In this document: positions 9,167-22,202 of the stretch, piece after piece
How the letters are laid out: every line of letters starts with the position of its first letter
Numbering within the stretch: position 1 is the first letter of the stretch
NCBI GenBank assembly: GCA_004431415.1
Contig: QPMI01000521.1
Coordinates: forward strand, 62,001 to 126,000
Reading direction: 5' to 3'
Length of the DNA stretch: 64,000 nt
From: Cyanophora paradoxa CCMP329
Lineage: Eukaryota; Plantae; Glaucophyta
Notes under the pieces: generated by a model
Databases searched by the model: none
What the model saw: the letters and a program-made list of their open reading frames with translations, nothing else
Told to the model about the DNA's origin: nothing
Position numbers and translations under genes: made by a program

Positions 9167-12100
9167 ATGGAGCGCGGGGCGCACGCGTACTCGCCCGAGA
9201 TTTACGCCGACCAGCTGCGCCTGATAAACCAGGCTCGTGGCCCATCCATTAATATATTTGGATGATGTCGCCGTCGCCGTCTGCGGCCGCTGCTCGCTAG
9301 CGCTGACCGTCGATATTGACTCCCCAATTCGAAACAGGTGCAGCCGCACGGGGCGTTTCTGGCGGTGCGGCGGGGGACGCTGGAGGTGACCCACGCGAGC
9401 GCCAACGTCTGCGCCCTGCTCGACCTGCCGGGATCGCCCGCCGCCTTGCTGGGCCGGCCCCTCCCCGAGGCGCTCCCCGGGCCCCTGGCGGCCCCGCTCT
9501 GTGACGCCCTCGCGGCCCTGGGGCCAGACGATGCCGCCGAGGTCGAGCTCCAGGCACGTGCACGCCCCTCCGTCCTCGCCGCGAAATTTATACCTCTTAT
9601 AATTGCGGAATATTGAACCTCCGCGCAGGGGGGACCGGCACCGGTGCGGCTGGTGGCGGGCGGGCGGGAGTGGGAGGCGCTGCTGAGGCCGCTGGGGGAC
9701 GGCGCGGTGGCGATCGAGTTCGAGCCGGCGGCGGGCGCGGGGGCGCTCCTGGCGGCGGTGCGGGCTGCGGCGGCGGCGGCGGGCGAGCTCGCGGCGGCGC
9801 GGGACGAGGCGGAGCTGTGCTCGCGGGCGGCGGCGGCGCTGCGGGCGGCGCTGGGCGCCGACCGCGCCCTCACAATCGAATTTGATCCGGTGCACCACCA
9901 CGCCTGCGTGCGGGCCGAGGCGCGCCACCCCTCCCGCCACGACCTCGAGGAGTTCGCCGGTGCGGTCCTTTCATTCGAATTCATTCAGTCGAACCGATCT
10001 TTTATATCTATTAACCGCTTTCATTCGTGATCAGACATGCGATTTCCGGCGGAGGACGTGCCTCGGGTGTGCATTATCAATATTAATTTCGTACTGATCA
10101 TCGATATCTATTCTGAAGGATCTTGCAGGCGGCTCGGCAGTTGATGCGGCGGGCGAGCGAGCGCGGCCGTCTGGTGGCCGACGTGCGGGCGGAGTCCGCG
10201 CCGGTGCTGGCGGCCCCGGGCGAGGGCCCCGTCGACCTCGCCCGCTGCGCGCTGCGGGCGCCCATCCCGTGCTGCAAAACGTACCATGGCCTCATAGGCG
10301 TGGACGGGTACTGCATGTTCCTCGTCGAGCTGCCCCCTGCAGAAGGGGAGCAGAAGGTCCGACCCCGTCTATATAGCTACCCCCCCCCTCCCCTGTTCGC
10401 CTCACAGCCCCCGCGCTCCGCAGGGCCGCCTCTGGGGGTACATCATCGCCCACTTCTGCCGGCCAGGGGGCGGTTTCGTCCGTGCGCCCCGCCGCCCTCA
10501 TAGGACCAGGCTCCGAAATACTTTCTATGCTCTATCAAAGAGGCTCTAGATCTAGTGTGTTGGCATGCAACCGTGCAATCTTCTGGAGCTTCAGCTCCTC
10601 GAGTTCCCTGCCCGACGTCGACCGGCCGGCAGCGCACGAGGTGCGGGAGGCGGTGAGGATCATCCCGGGGGCCCTGGCCGCCGCCCTCGTCCGCGTGCGG
10701 CTCGAGCAGGCCCGCGCCCACGCCGCCGCCGCCCGCGCCTGCATCGACCGCGTGCGGACTTCCGAATTTCCCCACTTCTCCGTATATATATTCGAAGCTG
10801 CGCCTCACGATCATCACGAGGCGCAGCTGGTGGCGTCGGTGCGGGAGGAGGCGCCGGACCTCCCCTCGTTCCTGCGGGCCGCCCTGCCCGGCCTCGCCGC
10901 CGTCCTCCCCTGCGACGGCCTCGCAGCGCTGCTCGCGCCCTCCCCGCGGCCCGGCGCCCACGCCAGAGAGGCCCAGTCCGACTCCGAGACCGACGACTCG
11001 ACTGGATCCTGCAGCTACGGCGAGAGTGCCAGCGGAGAGCTCGAGGAGGGCGGACCGGAGTGGCTCTGCCACGGGGGCCTGCCGCCCCGCTCGGCCTCGC
11101 TCTTCCCGCGCCTCGCGGCGCTGGCGGCGCTGCGGGTGCCGGCGGGCGCCGGCGCCGGCGCCGGCGCCGGCGCGGCGGTGTGGCACACGGAGAGCCTCTC
11201 GGAGGCGCTGCGGGAGGCGGGGCTGGCGGGCCCGGAGGGGGACGAGGGGCTCGGGGGGCTCGGGGCCGAGGCCCTGGGCGGGGTCCTGATCGCTCGCATC
11301 GCCCCCGCCGGCGCCGGCGCCGCCGACCGCAGCGCGTTCCTCTTCTGGTTCCGCCAGGTGCGCAGCTTGGCTGGATGATAAATACTTTAATCTGTTCGAT
11401 GCAAGACTTCAGCTCCACCCCTTCTACATTCTTGCCTCCTGCCTCACCTACCTCCCTTCTGATGCAGGCGGCCGTCCGGACGGTGCGGTGGGCGGGGGCC
11501 GGCCGCGGGGTCGGCATCGTGGCGGCGGCGGCGGCGGGGACGCACCTCTCGCCGGCCCGCAGCTTCGCGCGCTGGGAGGAGGTCGTGCGCGACCGCTGCG
11601 CCAGCTGGGAGGTGCCCAGCTCATTCAATGATTCAACTCAATCTGCTTCATCTTGACTTGACGTCCTCTTCTCTTCCTTCTCGCCGGCAGGCGGGGAGCG
11701 TGGGGGTGGCGGCGGGGCTGGCGACGGCGCTGGGGGACGTGGCGGCCGTGCACGGCGAGCTCCGCTCCCGCCGCGCCATCGCCCGCCTCAACGCCGCCCT
11801 CCTCGCCAAGAACGCCGCCCTCAAGGTCCGATATATGCGCTTCATTTATAACTCGAAATAGCTTCGTAATATGTAATTATATATATATATAAGAAGCTCA
11901 AGCGTTCTTTAACCAACGTTGCGGCCTTCGATTCGACGCGGCGGGCGGGCGGGGGCGCGCGCAGGCGGCGACGGCGGAGGTGCGGACGCTGATGGAGTCG
12001 GCCCCCGTGCCCATCTTCGCAGTCGACCGCTCCGAGCGCGTCACCGAGTGGTCCCCGGTCCGCCATGGCCACCCCACTCTTATACATAAATTACACAGAC

Positions 12101-15100
12101 GTCGACTTGACATACTTAGAATTACGCATATAAGCAGCCCGGCCCCAACCTTATAGAAAACGCCCTTGCCACGTGCACGCGCACTCTAACCTGGGCGCTC
12201 TCCTCTGCCCCCGCAGGCGTGCCGGGAGGCGTTCGGGCTCCCCGCGCGGCGCGTGGCGGGCGCCTCCTGCGTCGAGCTGCTCCTCCCCCGGGACCCCGCC
12301 CCGCGCCAGCGCCTCCGCGCCGCCCTCGCCGCCGTCTTCGCCGGCCTCGGGCCCCAGGTGCGCAGGCGCGGGCGCTTCTGAAGTGCAGTCCTGAATGAGT
12401 TGCCTTATAATTAAGCCCCCCTGAGAGGCTTGCGAGTTGCGGCACCCTTTCTGACGGACGCCCGCGCGGGCGGCCCAGTCGCTGGAGTTGGCAATGCGGA
12501 CGCGGAGCTCGTGCCGGGCGCTGCGGCGGAGCGGGTCGGTGTCGGAGGAGGCGGAGGCGGAGGCGGCGCTGAGCCTCCCGCACACGGGGCACCTGGGCGG
12601 GAGCCCGCCGAGCCCGGGGGGCAGCTGGCGGGCGGGGACCCTCGCGGAGCGCGAGGCGGCGGAGCTGGACCGAATCGACCGGGAGGAGGGCGCCGCCGAC
12701 GTGGAGATGGCAGTGCGCGTGGCGGCCCGCCTCGACAGCGAGGGCCGCGTCGCCGGCGCCGTTGTCGTCTGCCAGGCGAGCGCCAGCCTCGATCGCGAGC
12801 TTATAATAACCTTTCTGACACTTCCAATAACATCTTATATATATATATATCTGTTCGAATTCAAGCGCTGTTCGCATGCTATATGTAAACTGGCGTCGTC
12901 TGCCAGGCGAGCTCGAGCCTCGCGTCTTCGTTTGGCTCTCAACCCGTCTTTTCTTTGCCTCTAAATATAGCGCAGGACCTGACGGCCCAGCGGGAGATGG
13001 CGCGCGCTCAGGCCCGCCTCACCGAGGCCGCCGCCGCCAACAAGGCCAAGGTCCTTTACATTATTATAAGCGGGCCGGGTATTTCATTTGACTGATTTGC
13101 GTACCCCAGACCTTCTTTTTGGCCGCCCTCTCACACGAGAGTCCGCCCGGCGCCGCGCGCGCCCGCCCCGCGCGCCCCCGCGCAGCCGGCCGAAGCTCAC
13201 GGGGCCCCCGCGCAGTGCGGACGCCGCTGAACGGGCTACTGGGGATGCTGCAGCTCGCGGCCGACGGGCAGCTCGAGCTCGAGGCCGTCGCCCGCGCCTG
13301 CGCCTGCGCCTGCAGCTGCGGCCGCGGGGGCGGGGGTCTGGGCGGCCCGGCCGGCCGCGGGGCCGAGCTCGAGGGGGCCACTTCGGCTGAAGACGTGCGC
13401 GACTACGTCCAGAAGGCGCTCTTCTGCGGTGCGCGAGCCTCGAGCTGCACTTAACCTTTACTTTGAGGATTCGATTTCCCCTCCGAGGCTCAACGTTGAC
13501 GCCGCGCCCGCGCGCCGCAGGCGAGTACCTCGCGGCGCTCATCGGGAACGGTCCGCCGTAGCCTCCGTACCCCGCTCCGCTCCGGATCCCGCCCCCCCCC
13601 CCCCCCCGCCCCCGCCCCTCACCCCCCCTCCCGTCCCCAGTGCTGGACCTCTCTCTCATCGAGGCGGGCAAGCTGGTGCTCAAGGCCGAACCCTTCTCCC
13701 TCCCCGCCCTCGTCCACTCCGCCGTCGCCATGCTCCAGGCCCGCACGCTTTCTTATAAACATGCTCCTAGCATTACGTATACATGTCTTACACATCATAT
13801 CGGCTTCAGCTTGCCCTCCTCTTTCTAATGTAGCTTACATTACTATTGTTAATACATAGCGCCATGCTCCAGGCACGCCCGCCTTCCTATCCAATCCTCC
13901 GCTTCCGCTTTCTTATCGAACTTCTCCCTGCAGGAGCGGGCGGAGGCGAAGGGGATGCGGGTGCAGGTCGCGCTGCCCCCCGACCTGCCGGCCTCCTTCG
14001 TCGGCGACTCGGACCGGTGAGCGGCAGCTAATATATATAGCGCGCCGCCTGCGGATGCCGTAGCTATATTGCGGCTGGCCCCTCGGAGTGGCGCCCTCAC
14101 GCCCTGCGATCGCTGCGGCCGCAGGCTCAAGCAGGTCCTGGTCAATCTCGTGTCCAACTCGGTGCGCGGCATTAATATATGCACATCGCCGCGCCTCCGC
14201 GCCGCCGCCTCCTCTGACCGCCTGTACCCCCAGGTCAAGTACAGCCCCCGGGGGAAGATCGAGGCGCGCCCGGGCCCCCTGCACCCCCGCCCCTCCCTCC
14301 GTTCTGATCGCGCTCGGCTCGAACTCGAACTCGCGACTGCAGGTGCGGGTGGCGTGGGAGGAAGAGGCGGCGGTTGCGGGCCCGGGGCCCGGGGAGCCGC
14401 ACCGCGCCGCCCTCCGCTTCGAGGTGAAGGACGAAGGGCCCGGTCCGTCTCCTTTAAGTAGAGGTCAAAGATAAAGACCTCACTTCGAATCTGAATCTGA
14501 ATCGCAGGCCTGCGGGAGGAGGAGCAGCGGCGCCTCTTCCAGCTCTTCTCCCGCCTCCACCCGGGGCCCGGCGCCCGCGACCCGGGGGGTACAGGGTGCC
14601 TGCTCTATCACCCCCCCCTTTCCCCTTCCGAGGCTCGCCGCGCCCCTCCCGGCGCTTACAAAGCGCGCGCGGGCGCAGCCTCGGCCTCGTCATCTGCAAG
14701 AACCTCGTCGAGGGTACGGCGATTGTTTGTTTCATTCAGATTCAAACTTGGGGGTATAGCGAGTGACATCGACTCCCCTTCGGAATTCCCCCGCGCAGTG
14801 ATGGGCGGGCGCATCGGCATCGAGAGCGAGCCCGGTCGGGGCAGCACCTTCTGGTGCCGCCTCCGCGCCCTCCCTCGCACTGCGACCCGCCCGTACCCCC
14901 CTAAGCATCCCCCCCCTCTGTAGGTTTACGGTGCAGCTGGCTGTGGAAGAGTCCCCTGACTCCGACTGGAGCGAGGGGGCGGAGGAGGAGGCGGAGGCGG
15001 CGGCCGCGGAGCTCGAGGCGTGCCGGCGCGCCTTCGAGGCTCGCCCGCTCAGCGAGCCCTGCAGCCCGAGGTCCGGCTCCGGCTCCGGCCAGGGCTCGAG

Positions 15101-17384
15101 CTCGGCCGTGGACTCGGATCCCCGCATGGTGCGCACCCCGGCCGGCTCCGGGCCCGCTGCCGCCCCCGGCGGCTCTGATCGTGACCGGCCGCGCGCGCGC
15201 GCGCAGCCGCCGCCGCTGCAGCTCTCGCCTTCCGCCGCCCCCCGGCCCTCGCCGTCGCCTCCGGAGCGCACGCTATCCCCGGTGAAGATCGACGTCGCGG
15301 CACCTGCAGCCGCGGCCGGTCCCCCTGCTCATCCTCCTGCTCCTCCTCCTCCTCCTGCTGCGCCGGCGGCGAGCCTACAGCCGGAGCCGGGGCTGGCCAA
15401 CCTCGCCCTGCTCACGGCCGCCCCCCGCCCCACGGCCCGCGCCCACGTCCTCGTCGTCGAGGTACGCCCCCAAGACGAGCTCCCCCCCCCTCCCCCTCCC
15501 CCCCCCAAGCCCCCTCGAATATCCCGTACCCAGGACAACCCGGTGAACCTGGAGGTCTGCCGCCGTGTCGTCCTCAAGGCCGGCCACACCGTCGAGACGG
15601 TACGTCCACGGTACCCCTCTCTTCGTTCGCCTTCGCTCAAGCTTCCCCTCTCTTCGCTGTCGTTAGGCGGTCAACGGGCTGGAGGCGGTCGTTGCGTACC
15701 GGGCGCGGCGGGGCCTGCCCCCGGCGAGGGCATGCCGGAGGCGCCGCCGGCGGGGCCGGCGGCGCGCGGGGAGGACGGCCGGCCCCGCGCGTTCGACTGC
15801 ATCCTCATGGACTGCGAGATGCCGGTACCCCTCCCATCCTCCCCTACCCCTCTCTTTCCGAATCAAGGACGCTGTATCCCCCAGATAATGGACGGCCTGG
15901 AGGCGACGCGCCACATCCGCGAGGCGGAGGATGAGCTCGCAGCCGAGGCGCGTCCTGTACCCCCCCCCCCCTGCGCGGCACGCTCCTGACTGCGCCTCCT
16001 GATCACGTGCACCCCGCGTGGCAGGCGGCGCGATGCTTGGGCGATGCCGACCTCCAACGCTGGCGTATCCCCATCATCGTGCGCTGATTCGAGCCCGCCG
16101 ATGGCCGCCGCTATCTGTTCCCCGCCTACCCCCGGCCCCTGACCGCAGCCGCCCCCCGCTCTTCCTCAGGCCCTGACGGCCCACGCGCTGCTGGAGACGC
16201 AGGCAAAGTGCTTCGAGGCCGGCGTCGACGCGTGCGTACCCCCGTCCTCTTCCCCCCCTCCCCTAGCCGGCCTCATCCCCCCCGCAGGTACCTGACGAAG
16301 CCGATCAACCGGGCGTCGCTGCTGGAGACGATCGGGCAGTTCGTCGCGCTGGCGCGGCGCCGCGTCTCCGCCTCCTCCGGCTCCTCCTCGGAGCGCTCGG
16401 GGCCCCGCCTCCGCCGCCCCTCGTCGCTCCTCTCCCTGCGCGAGGCGCACGCCCCGGGCCCCCTGACCAGCGCCGGCTCCAGCCCCGAGCCCGCCGCCTG
16501 GGCCGCCCCCGGGCCCCGCCGGGCCCCGTCCCCGGAGCCTGACGCCCCCGCGCCCGCCCCGATCGCGAGGACCCGACGCAGGCTGGCTTGGGGCCAGCGC
16601 TGCGCCGGGCGCCGGGGGCGGGGCCCGGCGGCGGCGGCCGCCGCTGCTCCCTCTTCGCCTCGACGGGCTCGCTCTGCAGCCTGGCAGAGAGCTCGAGCCT
16701 CACGGGGCCGCCCGCGCGCGGGGCCTCCGATCCCCCGTCGCCCCTCCTCCTGCCCCCGACTCTCTCGTGCGCCCCGCCCGCGGCCCCGCGTTGCCTGCGG
16801 CCCCCTCCCCCTCAGCCCTTTGACGGGGCCCGCGCCCGCGCAGGCCGGCGCCCGGCTGCGCCGCGATGCCGTCGCCCAGCCCGAGCCCCCTCTCGGCGAC
16901 GTCCGGAGATGCCGAGGCGGGCGCCGCCCGCCCCGAGAGCTTGCCGCTCCTCGTGTCCGTCGCCGCCGGCTTTCACACCGGTGCGCATGCGCTCCGAATT
17001 CGCCTGGAACCCCCTTCTCGTCCCCGGGTCGCCCCCTTAAGCTTCGAGCGCGCCGCCGCCACAGGGGACTCGCCGCGGCCGCGAGAGGACTGCGTGTCGG
17101 CCGCGGCGCCGGCGCCGCAGGCCCCGACGCCGACCGCCGGCGGAGGCGGCGGAGGCGGCGCCGGCCCGTGTCGCCGCTCGGCCGCGAGCTCGTGCGAGGG
17201 GACACATGTACACCCGCTCCTGCCGCCGGCCGCGGCCGTGGCCCCTGGGAGCGGCGGCGCCGGCCAGCCCTCGAGATCCCTCCCCAAGGGGGGGGAGGAC
17301 CACCCCGGGGCGGGCCTGGCGTCCCTGGCCAGCGGCCTGTCCGCCCATATGCACGAGGCCCTCCGCGCCCTGCGGCGCCGCTGA
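9167..17384 (+). CDS. Phytochrome hybrid histidine kinase (PAS-GAF-PHY-PAS-HisKA-HATPase-REC), multi-exon
   Basis: Photosensory motifs: VQPHGAFL, RFPAEDVPR, LRAPIPCCKTY, LWG, FWFRQ, VRWAG...LSPARSFARW. PAS: LMESAPVPIFAVD. Kinase: SHE|VRTPLNGLLG, LKQVLVNLVSNS, VKDEGPG, GGTG|LGL, GRGSTFW. REC: VLVVE|DNPVN, ILMDCEMP|IMDG, YLTKP. Confidence 0.93.
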
Positions 17385-18221
17385 AGCCCGAGAAAGAGTC
17401 TGAATCCTCCACTCGGAGAATTTTAGAGTCCGAACTATAAAAAGGAAAGCTGCAGCCTAGTAGCTGTAGAGATATTCGAGCTCTAGGCCGAGTACTTCGA
17501 GAATGAGCTCTTTTCTCTGCGGCTGATATTTAGATTCGATCGAGACATTTTGAGGTCTTGATGGTCCTGTATTTTAAGAGTTCGAGCATCATCTTTTTTT
17601 GCTTTGTTGGGGCCTTGGCGTCGGCTGGCCCCCGGCCCCCCAGTGGCCCATGAGTGTTAGCTAGAGCTCAAGCTCGAGATAGGTTATTGCAAGATAGGTT
17701 ATTGCATGATTCGCTTTTTGCATTCATCTGCAAGTGGCGCCCCCACCAACTGACTTTGAATCAGCCGCCTGCGTAGCAAGCTCGAATCAAGTGCGGTTTA
17801 TTATAGGTTATTCTATCATTTCTTGTACTATAGCTAGTAATAGTCTTTAGTTTCTCCTGTGTGGCTGATCACTACAGCTCTCCATTTCGATTTCGCTCGA
17901 GGAGCTCTGGAGTCTGGACCAGCGCCTCTACCCATCGGTATCGATGTCTTTCCAGACAACTGTACTACGGTACATGTACAGCTTTTACATGTACCCTGAT
18001 CGCGAGCTGGCCGAGATGCTCGATCTCGGCGTCACAGAATGTTCTTGAGATTTATGCCTGTGCACGTGATCGATGTCGTGCGCTGTATACGCTGTTTTCA
18101 AAATTTTCATTCGCGGTGTATGCGTACACGATTCAGAATTGGCCTGCGACGGATTGGAGGCCGAGTGACGCGGAGCCGGCCGCGGAGGGGCGCGCGCGAG
18201 GGGCGGGTACCGGTAGCATCA

Positions 18222-20038
18222 CTAGTCGGCGACGGTCATGGGGCCATCGAGGCTTGCCTCCCGGAACTGCTTCACGTACCCATTTTCCGAGGCTGCGGGG
18301 TACAGCAGCCGCGATCAGGCGAGGGACATTAAATGCGAGGGGGGTTGGGTAGGGCACCGTCAAACTCGGCGACTGTACCCTCCCACTGGATGCGCCCCGC
18401 GTGCAGGAACACGATTCGATCCGCGGTCCTCCGCAGCGTCGAGTCCTGGGGGGTACGCCGGCTCGGGAGAGGGGGGGGGGTGAAATCGGGCGGGGGTTCG
18501 AGTGCGCGCCTGGTGCGTGACGACGACGAAGAGGGCGTTCCCGAGGTCGGCGTGGAGATCTGTTGTTGGGGGGTACGGGGTCATCGAGAAGGGAGTGCGA
18601 GGGGGATAGGGGGAAGGAATGGGCCCGGGGTACCGTTCATGAGGTTCTCCACCCGCGTGCTGGCGATGGGGTCGAGCCCTGTACCCCGGGCGAGGCCGCT
18701 CGGTCAAGGGCGGGGGAGGGGGGAGGAAGCTTTCGGTTCGAGGTGTACCCCCCGCGCACCGGCGGTCGGCTCGTCCCACAGGATCACGTCCGCATTGTCC
18801 TGCGGCGAAAGTCAGGAAGGGGATGGGGGGAAGGAACGGGGGGTACAGTCACCTCGGGGTCGTCGGGGTCCGCCGTGATGGCGCGCGCGATGCTCACGCG
18901 CTTGCGCATCCCGCCGCTGAGCTCCGAGGGGTACTTGGATTCGGTCCCGGGGAGCCCCACCTGCGCGCGCGTTCGAATCGGGGCCCGGCGGGATTCGAAC
19001 CCGAACCTTTCGCTTACCTTTGCGAGGTTCCGGGCGACGGTGCGCGCGACGGCCTCGCGCGGGAGGCGCGTGTGCTGCGTCAGCGCGAAGCCTGCGGCCG
19101 GGCGGGCGCTGAGGCGGGAGACGCAGCGGCGGGCGGGCGGGCGGGCGGGCGGGCGGACCGACGTTTTCCCCGACCGTGAGGCTGTCGAAGAGGGCGGCCT
19201 GCGCGCCAGCGTCAGCGCTGGTTGGAGCGGGGCGCGGAAGCTTGAGGGGCGAGCGGGCGGGCGGAATTCGATCTCGGATTCGAATCTGAAAGGACGCACG
19301 TGCTGGAAGACCATGGAGATCTGCACCTGCTCGCGCCCGCGCTCGAAGCTGCGGCGCGCGTACGGGTCCCGCCGCTCCCCGCCCACGAACAGGTCGCCCC
19401 CGTCGGTCCGCTCCAGCCCCGCGATGATCTTCAGCACCTGCGGCCGCGCGGATCGACTTTGAACCCGAGGGGAAAGCCGGCGGCGCGCGTCCGCACGGTG
19501 CTCTTGCCCGTCCCGCTCGGCCTGCGTCGAAGAACCTTCAGGGCGCGGCCGCAGCAGCAGCGAGGCGACCGCGCACCCGATGATCGCAACGCGCTCCCCT
19601 CGCCGCATGTCCAGATCGACGCCCCGCAGGATGCGCTGAGAGCCGAAGCTCTTGCACACGCCGCGCATGGATATCAAGGGGTCGTCGCCCGATGGCCGGG
19701 GCGCGTCTCCAGGCTGTTCGCTTGGCGAGTCGGGTCGACGATCCAGCAGCGCGGGCTCCTGGCGGCCCCGGCAGTCAGCGGCGCGGCCCGGCTGGATCCG
19801 GACCGCCGCGAGGGCGACGCACCGCCAGCGCTCTGGGAGGCCCGCTGGGAAGCGGCGGGAGCGACGTACGGTGCTCGAAGGTGCTCGAGCGGCGCCATGT
19901 GGAGCTGCGGCGGGCGGGGTCCTTCCGGCGCAGCAGCGGTCGCTGGGCGCGCCAGCTCAGCTCCCTCGGCTGATGGGGCGCCCAGCCCTGGGCCGGGAGC
20001 CTGGGAAGCGCGACGACCAGCTGACAGAAAGCGTCCAT
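18222..20038 (-). CDS. TGD3: Plastid lipid-import ABC ATPase, TGD3/MlaF family, multi-exon
   Basis: ISMRGVCKSFGSQRILRGVDL, SGTGKST, SMVFQ, YPSELSGGMRKRVSIARAI, VVTHQ, RIVFLHAGRIQWEG, YVKQFREASLDGPM. N-terminus MDAF is transit-peptide-like. Confidence 0.88.
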
Positions 20039-20174
20039 CGGGCCGCCAGGCATCAGCCAGCCGGTATCTCTCTACCCCTTTGAGCGAAGCCCATCGACTT
20101 CTTCGTAGAGAATTGCAGAACCCGTAGAGCTGGGGGACGGCAAGCACGGATTACAGCATCGCGCCCATGCGGCG

Positions 20175-22118
20175 ATGCGCCGCAAACGGCCAGCGCCATC
20201 GGAGCCCATAGAAGGATCCAAGAGCGATCAGTACCCGCCGAACGGCAGCTCCGCTCCGAAGCAGCCCGCTCAGGCCACCGAAACGCGCAGCCTACGATCT
20301 ATGGTCTCGCTGCGCGCCGTCGTCTGGCTCACGCTCTGGTACTTTTGCAACGTGTTCACGGTTCGCGCGCCGCCGCGAGAGCCTCGCCGCGACCCGTTCG
20401 CGCTCGCTGACCAGTGCCGTCACCCGCAGCTCATCCTCAACAAGCAGGTCCGCGCTCCACGCTAATCGAACCTTCGCCCCCGCCTGACCCGACCCGCAGC
20501 TCTTCGCGAGCGGCTTCACGTATCCCCTCTCTCTAACATGCTTGCACTTCGCTTCCGCGGTGGTTCGTCGCCACCGCGCGTCTCCCCGCTCTCGCGCAGG
20601 CCGACACATTCCGGGTTCTCGTTCTCGTCGCAGGTCGGGTCGATCATCTGCGTGCAGGTGTTCCGCGTTGTGCCGCTCATGCGGCTTAGCTACAACGCGA
20701 TCCTCACGCGATGCTTCCCCTTCGCGGTGATCTTCTGGTCCGCCCCGCCGGCCCCGCCGTCGACCCGCCGGCGCCGCTCGAGCCGGATTCCGCAGCGCGA
20801 ACATCGTACTGGGCAACGTGGGCCTGCGCTGGATCCCCGGTGCGGCCCGCGCGCACGCGCAGCGCCCCGGGGCCCTCGCCTCTCGCCGCTCGCCTCTCGC
20901 CGGCGCCCGCTCATCGCCGACCGCGGGGCCGGCGCGCAGTCTCGTTCTTCTCGGTGGTGAAGACGGCGGTGCCGGCCTTCACGGTCCTGCTGGAGTTCCT
21001 GCTCTTCCAGCGCACGTACGACCGGCGCATCTACGCCGCCCTCGTCCCCATCATCTCCGGCGTCGCCCTCGCCTCCTACTCCGAGGCCCGCCCGCCCGCC
21101 CTCTCTCCAGCCCGCACGCGAATTCGATCTCAGGTGAACTTCAACTGGACGGGCTTCCTCGCCTGCTTCGCGGCGTCCATCCTCTCGGCGCTCCAGACGG
21201 TGGTCTGCGCGTGGCTCATGGACTCGGCGGGCATCCGCCTGGACGCCTTCAACCTGCTGCTCTACATGGCGCCCATGGCCACCGCGATGCTCCTGCCCGT
21301 CGCGTGGCGCGTCGAGGGCCCCGCCATCGCCGCCAGCGGGGCCCTCGCCAGCGAGGGCACTGTCCTCGTCCTCTTCCTCTCCGGCGCCGTCGCCTTCGGC
21401 CTCTCCGCGACCCAGTTCATGGCGGTCCGCTCCGCTCGGCTCGGCTCCGCTCAGCCCTCGAGAGCGGAAGCCGACCCAGCGCCCCGCAGATCAAGGTGAC
21501 CTCCTCGCTCTCCTTCAACGTGGCCGGCAACTTCAAGGCCGTCCTCGCCATCGTCATCTCCGTCGCTATCTTCAGGAACCAGGTTCGATCCCCGCCGGGG
21601 GGCTTTCTTATGTCCTCCGTGGACCACGCCGTTTTCTGACATCGATATCCTCCTCCCCCAACACAGATCACGATCCTCAACGCGTTCGGGTGCCTCATGG
21701 CCATCGGCGGCGTCGCCTGGTGCGCCGTACCCCCCCTCCGTTTTCGCACGTAAGTGAAGGTGTACCCCGCACCAGGTACGTCCACCTGAGGCACAAGCTC
21801 AACGCGGCGAAGGCGTCCCCCCTCTCCAGGGAGCCCAACGACGCCGAGGTCGGTACCCCCTAAGATTCCCCGTACCCCGCCCGGGACTTCCGCTTACCCC
21901 CCTCCCTCCCCCCCACTCGAAGCAGCTGATCGAGGGGGACAACCTCGCGATGAATCACGGGACTTCCTCCCCCCGCGTCGTCTCCCCTCCCCCCTCCAAG
22001 TAGCCCGTACCCCCGCGGCTCCGTCCATACTCCCCGGCCCCTTCGCCCCCCTCCTCTCCCCTCCGGACCTCCCCCGACCCCGTCCCCCGCTTCCGCCTCG
22101 TCTTTGAACCTGTCATAA
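20175..22118 (+). CDS. Nucleotide-sugar/triose-phosphate transporter family (DMT) protein, multi-exon
   Basis: LWYFCNVFT|LILNKQ, FTYPLSLTCLH, NIVLGNVGLRWIP|VSFFSVVKTAVPAFT, E|VNFNWTGF, LLLYMAPMA, TSSLSFNVAGNFKAVLAIVISVAIFRN. Confidence 0.9.
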
Positions 22119-22202
22119 TACGTAGCAGCGTGCCGTGCTCGCGGTCGAGCCGCCAAGCGCGACAGAAGAGCGATCTAATTGCTACGTCCAAAAAGGGCGC
22201 CT

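Noticed and set aside
17686-17712. Short direct repeat gataggttattgca x2 in intergenic DNA
   Set aside because: Too short, with no termini or coding support for an element.
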